DNA of 64,000 nt, taken from Verrucomicrobiota bacterium (GTDB taxonomy: Bacteria > Verrucomicrobiota > Verrucomicrobiia > Limisphaerales > UBA8199). The DNA lies in NCBI GenBank assembly GCA_012517205.1, contig JAAYVL010000121.1, positions 66-64,065 on the forward strand. Reading direction: 5' to 3'. Every line of letters begins with the position of its first letter. The stretch's first letter is position 1. This document shows positions 55,576-64,000 of the stretch, piece after piece. The notes beneath the pieces are model-generated. The model worked only from the letters and a program-made list of their open reading frames with translations, ran no database searches and was not told the origin of the DNA. The translations under genes and the position numbers were made by a program.

Positions 55576-56325
55576 ATGAAAGTTATTGGCATTATTCCCG
55601 CGCGCTGGGGCTCCACGCGTTTCCCCGGAAAGCCGCTGGCCCTGATCGCCGGCCGGCCGCTCCTGCAGCACGTCGTCGAACGTTGCCAGCAAGCCTCCGC
55701 ACTCGCCGAAATCATCGTCGCTACCGACGACGAGCGAATCCTAAAGGCCGTGGAACGCTTTTGCCAGGTTGAAATGACCGCACCCGACCACCCGAGCGGT
55801 TCCGACCGCATCGCCGAGGTGGCGGCGCGGCGCGCCGGTGACGCCATCGTCAATATTCAAGGCGATGAACCGCTCATCGCCCCGTCGGTCATCAACGCCG
55901 TCGCCACCGCGCTTACGCAAGCCGAAATGTCCACCGCCGCCACCCCCATCACCAACCTCGCTGACTATGACGACCCGAATACGGTAAAGGTCGTGGTCAA
56001 TGCCGCAGGACGCGCCCTTTACTTTTCCCGACGCACGATTCCTTATGTGCGTGAGACCGCGGCGGCTCCGCCACGCGAACAGTTGGCGGCGTTTCCTTTT
56101 CTGAAGCACCTGGGCATTTATGGGTATCGGCGCGACACGCTGCTGCGACTGGTAAGCCTCCCCATCTCCCCACTTGAAAGAGCCGAAAAGCTGGAACAGT
56201 TGCGCGCCCTCGAAAACGGCATTCCCATTGCGGTGGTGCAAGTGACTCATGATAGCGCAGGCGTGGATGTGCCGGCGGATGTAGCGCGCGTGGAGCACCT
56301 TTTGGCCGGCCAGACGGCAGGCTGA
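55576..56325 (+). CDS. kdsB: 3-deoxy-manno-octulosonate cytidylyltransferase
   Basis: MKVIGIIPARWGSTRFPGKPL, TDDERI, SGSDRIAE and VNIQGDEPLI. Confidence 0.92.
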   Translation: MKVIGIIPARWGSTRFPGKPLALIAGRPLLQHVVERCQQASALAEIIVATDDERILKAVERFCQVEMTAPDHPSGSDRIAEVAARRAGDAIVNIQGDEPLIAPSVINAVATALTQAEMSTAATPITNLADYDDPNTVKVVVNAAGRALYFSRRTIPYVRETAAAPPREQLAAFPFLKHLGIYGYRRDTLLRLVSLPISPLERAEKLEQLRALENGIPIAVVQVTHDSAGVDVPADVARVEHLLAGQTAG

Positions 56326-56342
56326 TTCCGCTTTTTCAATCC

Positions 56343-57701
56343 ATGACCTATTCCGACGCCATCCATTTCCTGTATAACCTCCGCTGGTTTGGCGCCAAGT
56401 TGGGGCTGGAAAACACCTTCAAGCTAGCCGCACTGGCGGGCAATCCGCAGCACCGCCTGCGCTTCATCCACGTCGCCGGCACCAACGGCAAAGGTTCCAC
56501 CTGCGCCATGCTGGAGAGCATCTATCGCGCAGCGGGGTTACGCGTCGGCCTGTTTACCTCGCCGCACCTGGTCGCGTTTGGCGAACGGATTCAAGTCAAC
56601 CGCCACCTTATCTCCGAAGCTGACATTGCACGCCTGGCCACCGAGTTGCAATCGTTACTGCGCCAAGGCTGGCCTGCTGCCTCGACCGCCCCACGCACCG
56701 CCAACCCTGCCCCCAAAACCGACCACCCGACCTTCTTCGAAGTGGTCACCCTGATGGCCTTATGCTACTTCGCCGAGCGCCAGTGCGACCTGGTGATTTG
56801 GGAAACCGGCCTGGGCGGGCGGTTTGACTCCACCAACATCGTCACCCCTCTCGCCAGCGTCATCACCAACATCCAATTCGACCACCAGAAATGGCTGGGC
56901 GAAACCTTGGCCAGCATTGCCGCCGAAAAGGCGGGCATCATCAAACCCGGAATTCCCGTTATCACAGCGGCGGAAGGCACTGAGCCTCTCCGCGTTATTG
57001 AGCAAACCGCCCGCCGGTTGCAAGCCCCGCTTACGACCCTGACGCCTGCTCATGCGCTCCATCCGCCACTGGACATCCTCTCGCTGCCACTATCCGGCCG
57101 GCATCAGCGCCTGAATGCCGCCGTGGCCGTGGCCACCGTGCGCGCGCTCGCCGCACACTTTCCTGTGAGCGATGAACTCATCCGCGCCGGATTATCCCAA
57201 GTTCAATGGGCCGGACGGCTCCAACTCCTGACGCGCCCGGATGGGCAAAAGGTCTTGCTTGACGGCGCGCACAATGTTGGCGGCGCAGAAATCCTGACCA
57301 CCGCAGTAAAGGAATACTTTCCGTCCGCTCGCATTACCCTGGTGCTCGGCATCTTGCGCGACAAAGACTGGCCCGGCATGTGCGAAATTCTCGCGCCGCT
57401 GGCCGCGCGCATCCTGCCAGTGCCGGTTCCCAGCGAGCGCAGCGCCGCACCGGAAGAACTCGCTGCACTCTGCCGGCGCATTAATCCCCATGCCCAAACC
57501 AGCCCGCATCCCTCGCTGCGCTCAGCACTGGCGCAAACCACGCCCACCGATTTCGTAATTATCGCCGGCTCTCTTTATCTCATCGGAGAAGCCTTGGAAC
57601 TGCTGCATTTCTCCCCGGCAACGGCAACCCCAGAGCGTGGGTTAAACGAGTGGGACCAGCCAACCGCGCCTCCCCTGCCCTGCCTCCCGACGGCGTCCTG
57701 A
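56343..57701 (+). CDS. folC: bifunctional folylpolyglutamate synthase/dihydrofolate synthase
   Basis: VAGTNGKGST, FTSPHL, WETGLGGRFDSTN and DGAHN. Confidence 0.9.
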   Translation: MTYSDAIHFLYNLRWFGAKLGLENTFKLAALAGNPQHRLRFIHVAGTNGKGSTCAMLESIYRAAGLRVGLFTSPHLVAFGERIQVNRHLISEADIARLATELQSLLRQGWPAASTAPRTANPAPKTDHPTFFEVVTLMALCYFAERQCDLVIWETGLGGRFDSTNIVTPLASVITNIQFDHQKWLGETLASIAAEKAGIIKPGIPVITAAEGTEPLRVIEQTARRLQAPLTTLTPAHALHPPLDILSLPLSGRHQRLNAAVAVATVRALAAHFPVSDELIRAGLSQVQWAGRLQLLTRPDGQKVLLDGAHNVGGAEILTTAVKEYFPSARITLVLGILRDKDWPGMCEILAPLAARILPVPVPSERSAAPEELAALCRRINPHAQTSPHPSLRSALAQTTPTDFVIIAGSLYLIGEALELLHFSPATATPERGLNEWDQPTAPPLPCLPTAS

Positions 57702-57804
57702 TCCGAAGCCCGGCATATTGCCAACTCCCCCTCCGGTTGCCATATGGATGTATTTCGCTTTTCCGAAAGCACGCACCTCAACCGCGCAAATGCGGCCGGT
57801 TCTC

Positions 57805-57832
57805 TTGACGGCGGTATTTTTCTGATTAGACT
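57805..57832 (+). promoter_or_regulatory. candidate sigma70-type promoter for sdhCAB
   Basis: TTGACG (57805-10), a 16-nt spacer, then TAGACT (57827-32), about 50 nt upstream of ATG 57884. This is a pattern match only, and promoter consensus in this phylum is not well known to me. Confidence 0.3.
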
Positions 57833-57883
57833 TCTTTCCAAGCCCAACGCCGGGCCGTTCCGGTAGGCCGAGGGTGGTGGCCG

Positions 57884-58599
57884 ATGAACCTTATTACGAA
57901 CCTTTTTCAGTCGTCAGTCGGTAAGAAATACATCATGGCCATCACGGGCGGCTGCCTGCTCCTCTTTGTCCTTGGACACCTCGCGGGCAATTTACAAATC
58001 TTCCTCGGTCGGGAAATCATTAATCGCTACGCTCATTTCCTCCAGTCCAACCCCGAATTGATCTGGCCGGTACGGATGGGCATGCTGGTGATCTTAGCCC
58101 TCCATATCTGGGCCGGAATCACCCTGTCGCTGGAAAACAAAGCCGCCCGCCCTGTGGCATACGCCCAATACCAGCCTTTCGGCTCGACTTTTGCCTCGCA
58201 AACCATGCTTCTGAGCGGGCTTATGGTATTTGCGTTCCTCGGCTATCATCTCCTGCACTACACGGCCAAAGTCCAATTCATCAACCTCACACATCAGGAC
58301 TTTGCTGCTTTCACGGAAAAACTCCCAGGCCCGGCATCGGTGGAGCGGCCCGACATCTTCAAGATGATGGTGGTAGGCTTCCGCAAACCCATAGTCTCGG
58401 CCTTTTATGTCCTGGGACTGGCGCTTCTGGGGTTGCACCTTAGTCATGGCGCCAGCAGCTTGTTTCACTCGCTCGGCTGGAGAACGGACGCCTACCGCCC
58501 GTGCCTCGACCGCGCCGCCCGCGTGCTCGCCCTGCTGCTCTTTCTTGGCTACTGCGCCATTCCGGCCGCCATTCTCTGCGGCTATGGAAAGGAGGTCCT

Positions 58600-58609
<10 letters not shown>
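57884..58609 (+). CDS. sdhC: succinate dehydrogenase/fumarate reductase cytochrome b subunit (b558 family)
   Basis: 241 aa with five hydrophobic helices carrying conserved His residues. It sits directly upstream of, and overlaps, sdhA. Confidence 0.75.
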
Positions 58610-60512
<1,903 letters not shown>

Positions 60513-60516
<4 letters not shown>

Positions 60517-61256
60517 ACCTGACCCTCAAAGTCTGGCGGCAGAAAAACGCCGCCACCCCGGGCCGGTTCCAAACCTACCCGGCCCGCAATCTCTCCCCCG
60601 ACATGTCCTTCCTGGAGATGCTCGACGTGGTCAACGAGGACCTCATCACCCGCGGCGAGGAGCCAATCGCCTTTGACTCCGATTGCCGGGAGGGCATCTG
60701 CGGCATGTGCTCGATCGTCATCAATGGCATCCCGCACGGCGGCCACCACGGCACCGCCGCCTGCCAGCTCCACTTGCGGCATTTCCAGGACGGCGACACG
60801 CTCACCCTCGAGCCCTGGCGCGCAAAGGCCTTTCCGCTCATCAAAGACCTCATCGTCAACCGCACCGCCCTCGACCGCATCATCCAAGCCGGCGGCTTTG
60901 TCTCCGTGAGCACCGGCGGCACGCCCGACGCCAACGCCCTCCCGGTTCCCAAAGACATCGCCGACCGCGCCATGGACGCCGCCGCCTGCATCGGCTGCGG
61001 CGCCTGTGTCGCCGTCTGCAAAAACGCTTCGGCGATGCTTTTCGTCGCCGCCAAAGTCTCACACCTCAACCTTCTGCCCCAGGGCAAAGCCGAAAAAGAC
61101 CGTCGCGTCTTGAATCTGGTAAAGCAGATGGATATGGAGGGCTTCGGCGGTTGCACGGTCACCGGCTCCTGCGAAGCCGTTTGCCCCAAGGAAATCAGCC
61201 TTAGCTTTATTGCCCGGATGAACCGCGACTACGGCGCGGCCATTATCAAATCATGA
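60513..61256 (+). CDS. sdhB: succinate dehydrogenase/fumarate reductase iron-sulfur subunit
   Basis: ATGA overlap with sdhA. Cluster motifs are [21 protein letters not shown] and CEAVCP. Confidence 0.92.
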
Positions 61257-61395
61257 CCCGAAAGACCGCGGTTGCCCGGGGATTGCCGGGATGGGATGGC
61301 TCGCGAAACGCGCAAACAAGCCGCGACCCCGGATCCGCCCTTTGCTTTAGCTGATTTAACGGGCCCGGCTGGCATTTCAGCCGCGAGCTTTTAGA

Positions 61396-62337
61396 ATGGC
61401 CAACCCCACCCCCGCCCTCCCCGCAAACCCGCCCGCTCCGCTGCCACCCCCAGCTCCCTATCGGGGCCGTTTGGCGCCGTCGCCCACCGGGCTGCTCCAT
61501 CTTGGCCACGCGCGAACCTTCTGGATTGCCCAGGAGCGGGCGCGCGCCCATGCCGGCTCCCTGGTGCTGCGCAGCGAGGACCTCGATGCCGCGCGCTGCC
61601 GCGATGAATTTGTTCAAGCCATGCTCGAAGACCTCAAGTGGTTTGGTTTTCAGTGGCAGGAAGGCCCGGATTGCGGCGGCCCTTTCGGACCCTACGCGCA
61701 AAGCGCGCGCCAGAACCTCTACCGCGCCGCTTTTAATCACTTGCGCGCAGGCGGGTTTATCTATCCCTGCACCTGCTCCCGCAAAGACATTCTCTCCGCC
61801 GCCCGCGCCCCTCATGCCGAGGATGAGCACGAACCGATCTACCCGGGCACCTGCCGCCCTCTTGGCGCCAGCCACGCGCAACCGGCGCCCAACTCACCGC
61901 CCGCCACCCCTTCGCGCCCCGCCGGCCATCGAATCAACTGGCGCTTCCGCGTGCCCGACGGCGAGGTGATCTTCTTTATGGACCAAAACCTCGGCGCGCA
62001 GCAATTCGTCGCCGGCCGAGACTTCGGCGACTTCGTCGTCTGGCGCCACGCCGAAGTCCCCTCCTACCAACTGGCCTGCGTCGTGGACGACGCCGCGATG
62101 CGAATTACCGAGGTTGTGCGCGGCGCGGACTTGCTGCTCAGCACCGCGCGGCAACTGCTGCTCTACCGCGCCCTGGAATGGCTTCCGCCCCGATTCTACC
62201 ACTGCCCACTGCTGACCGATTCCACCGGCGCGCGACTGGCCAAGCGCCACGACGCAACCAGTCTGCGGCGCTTGCGGGAGGCGGGCCAGTCTCCCGCCTG
62301 CCTGCGCGCCCATTGGCGTGTTGAGCGAGCTTATTAA
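61396..62337 (+). CDS. gluQ: glutamyl-Q tRNA(Asp) synthetase
   Basis: RLAPSPTGLLHLGHARTF (HIGH-like), RSEDLD and YPCTCSRKDI...YPGTCR (zinc site). The protein is a truncated GluRS-like catalytic domain of 313 aa. Confidence 0.85.
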   Translation: MANPTPALPANPPAPLPPPAPYRGRLAPSPTGLLHLGHARTFWIAQERARAHAGSLVLRSEDLDAARCRDEFVQAMLEDLKWFGFQWQEGPDCGGPFGPYAQSARQNLYRAAFNHLRAGGFIYPCTCSRKDILSAARAPHAEDEHEPIYPGTCRPLGASHAQPAPNSPPATPSRPAGHRINWRFRVPDGEVIFFMDQNLGAQQFVAGRDFGDFVVWRHAEVPSYQLACVVDDAAMRITEVVRGADLLLSTARQLLLYRALEWLPPRFYHCPLLTDSTGARLAKRHDATSLRRLREAGQSPACLRAHWRVERAY

Positions 62338-62632
62338 GCCACACCGCGAATCGCAACCCGCGCCGGACTCCGTGTAAAGAGACTTACCCAATCCTCTCTC
62401 CCCAGCTTGCCCTCCGCTTGGCAACAGACAGGAAGGCCCGTGCTCCGGTCGGCTCCCTTCATCCCACCGGTGCTTTCCCGGCTCCGCAATCACCCCCGCA
62501 AGCGGCGAGGTCGGCTGCATAGCCGACGGCTCAATAGCCGACTTTTCACCACTCCTTTCACCGGGTTAAATACACTCCGAATAAAACAGGAATAAATTAA
62601 ACACAGAACAAAGATACTCACGAAAGGTTTCT

Positions 62633-63322
62633 ATGAAAAAACACATTAACTACCTAGCCCTTGTGGCGGCAGCATTGTTTACTCTGGTCGGGCCTGCCGG
62701 AGCCTGGCCGCTGAAAGTCTATACGCTCCATGACCCTATTCAGGATGATTGGAGCATCTCGGGGTGGGTTCAAGAACTTGGAAATGAGCCCACCTTCCCA
62801 GAAGACGAACGAATCGAGTCGTGGGAAGTCCCGTGGGGCGGGTGGATTCCGTGCCCCACGGATTATAAAGATGGCGTGGTAGTGCAAGTCGCCATGCGGA
62901 ACCTGACCCGGCAAACTTTCTACGAGGGCGACGTCTTTTATGTGGCGGACGCGGACACCTCGCTGAGCAATTGGGACGAATGGGTTGGGCAAGTCGACTT
63001 TGACCCCGGCCAGGCTTTCATGATTGACAGGCGCGCTGCGCTCGGTGGACAATGGGGGCAGAAGAACACCCCTCTGGTCGCGGAAAGCTTTATCATGGAT
63101 GGCATCTGGCAGCCCGGCGAAATCTGGCAGTTCGTTATCCAGGATTATACCAGCAGTTGGAACGGCTCTCCAGCGTACTTTGGCAGTCTTGGAATCGGCG
63201 GCGCGAGCGGGGGAGGTTTGTCCACCGGCAGCATTGTAATAATACCTGAACCCGGCACTGCCATGCTGCTGCTGCTGGGAGGGTGGCTGCTGGCCTTCGG
63301 CACCCGCCGGCGCTCCCGCTAA
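62633..63322 (+). CDS. PEP-CTERM sorting-domain protein
   Basis: Signal peptide MKKHINYLALVAAALFTLVGPAGA. The C-terminus is IPEPGTAMLLLLGGWLLAFGTRRRSR (PEP motif + TM helix + basic tail). Confidence 0.88.
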   Translation: MKKHINYLALVAAALFTLVGPAGAWPLKVYTLHDPIQDDWSISGWVQELGNEPTFPEDERIESWEVPWGGWIPCPTDYKDGVVVQVAMRNLTRQTFYEGDVFYVADADTSLSNWDEWVGQVDFDPGQAFMIDRRAALGGQWGQKNTPLVAESFIMDGIWQPGEIWQFVIQDYTSSWNGSPAYFGSLGIGGASGGGLSTGSIVIIPEPGTAMLLLLGGWLLAFGTRRRSR

Positions 63323-63333
63323 GACGCCGCCTA

Positions 63334-63840
63334 TCACGGGTCCGCGCACGGACGGCTACTCACACGCGCCCGGAGTTCGAACGAACGCCGGGCGCGTTTT
63401 GTGAGAAGGGCACATCCCCGTTTCGAGCCTTTGCCTCCGCGGGACGGAGCGGAGACGTCCGCCTGTTCGCGCAGTCGGAGCGGGAGATGCCCAACGCCCG
63501 GACCAGCACAAATCTGCGGCGTCCCGCCCGGCGGTCCTGCCGCCATCAAGGTTAAGCTCTCTTGCATCACCCGCAGCACCAGCTGAGCGCGGCTGTTGAT
63601 GTCGAGTTTGTGATAGAGCCGCTCCAGGTGGCTATGCACCGTGCTCGGCGCAATGCCAAGATCGGCGGCCATCGCCATTTCAATCTTGTTATCGAACACT
63701 CCGCGCACAATCTCCAACTCCCGCCCCGACAGGCCAAGCCGGCGGCCTACTATCCCCCACGCCGCATCTGTGAGCACGCACGCCCCCACTAAACGGGTGG
63801 TGCCTTTCTCCAGCGCGTCTGCTTGTGTAACACTGGCCAT
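63334..63840 (-). CDS. LuxR/GerE-type HTH transcriptional regulator
   Basis: ATG 63840 (MASVTQADAL...) and HTH LSGRELEIVRGVFDNKIEMAMAADLGIAPSTVHSHLERLYHKL. A low-complexity tail of about 75 aa reads through the convergent terminator hairpin. Confidence 0.65.
   Translation of the reverse strand: MASVTQADALEKGTTRLVGACVLTDAAWGIVGRRLGLSGRELEIVRGVFDNKIEMAMAADLGIAPSTVHSHLERLYHKLDINSRAQLVLRVMQESLTLMAAGPPGGTPQICAGPGVGHLPLRLREQADVSAPSRGGKGSKRGCALLTKRARRSFELRARVSSRPCADP
63364..63400 (+). terminator. intrinsic terminator downstream of the PEP-CTERM gene
   Basis: A 10-bp perfect GC-rich stem, ACGCGCCCGG (63364-73) / CCGGGCGCGT (63388-97), has a 14-nt loop and runs into TTTT (63397-400). Confidence 0.6.
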
Positions 63841-64000
63841 AACCTGATTCGGTCGTGCCACCAATCCTGCTACTGCCCTCCATCTTAAGCTCAATACCTT
63901 GGTTTGTCAAACATTCTTTATTAGTGGCAAAATCACCCGCTAACCACCCAATCGGCAAATACGCTGAGACCGGGCTAACCGTTGCGCATCCCCAACTCGT

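Overview
I read this window by eye only: no BLAST, HMM, folding or GC computation was run. It is a high-GC chromosomal segment that looks like a PVC-superphylum genome, most likely Verrucomicrobiota. That guess rests on a PEP-CTERM protein, a prepilin-type '[27 protein letters not shown]' protein, sulfatase/FAD-oxidoreductase genes and several TAT-exported Gfo/Idh/MocA-type and ThuA-type enzymes.

I support about 50 protein-coding genes.
- Housekeeping: fba, pyk, panD, glmS, gmhB, kdsB, folC, sdhCAB, gluQ, a TrpB2-type enzyme, an L,D-transpeptidase and a tricorn-like protease.
- Carbohydrate use: rhaA-rhaT-rhaB, a GH116 glycosidase, an arylsulfatase and a TAT-exported ThuA/TIM-barrel + Gfo/Idh/MocA operon.
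- A nine-gene, translationally coupled [NiFe]-hydrogenase operon at 35.1-45.4 kb.

The hydrogenase operon is the most interesting object. It combines a genuine group-4 (HycE-type) membrane hydrogenase and its own maturation protease with an FdhF/NuoG-like molybdopterin subunit. That subunit appears to have lost the formate-dehydrogenase catalytic residues. The usual HycB ferredoxin is replaced by an AsrA/AsrB (sulfhydrogenase beta/gamma)-type FeS + FAD/NAD(P) module. The overall layout is complex-I-like, and I do not recognise it as a described system.

Other items worth a look:
- a 42-bp near-perfect hairpin built from tandem GTGTACAAGGG units, inside an 860-bp non-coding island next to an orphan NarL-type response regulator;
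- a 658-aa orphan protein with a possible AceK-like kinase fold;
- a GH116 + Cys-Ntn-hydrolase gene pair.

I saw no rRNA, tRNA, CRISPR array, transposase or integrase. Functions come from motif recognition from memory. Start codons are my best choice within the supplied ORFs and several are uncertain.
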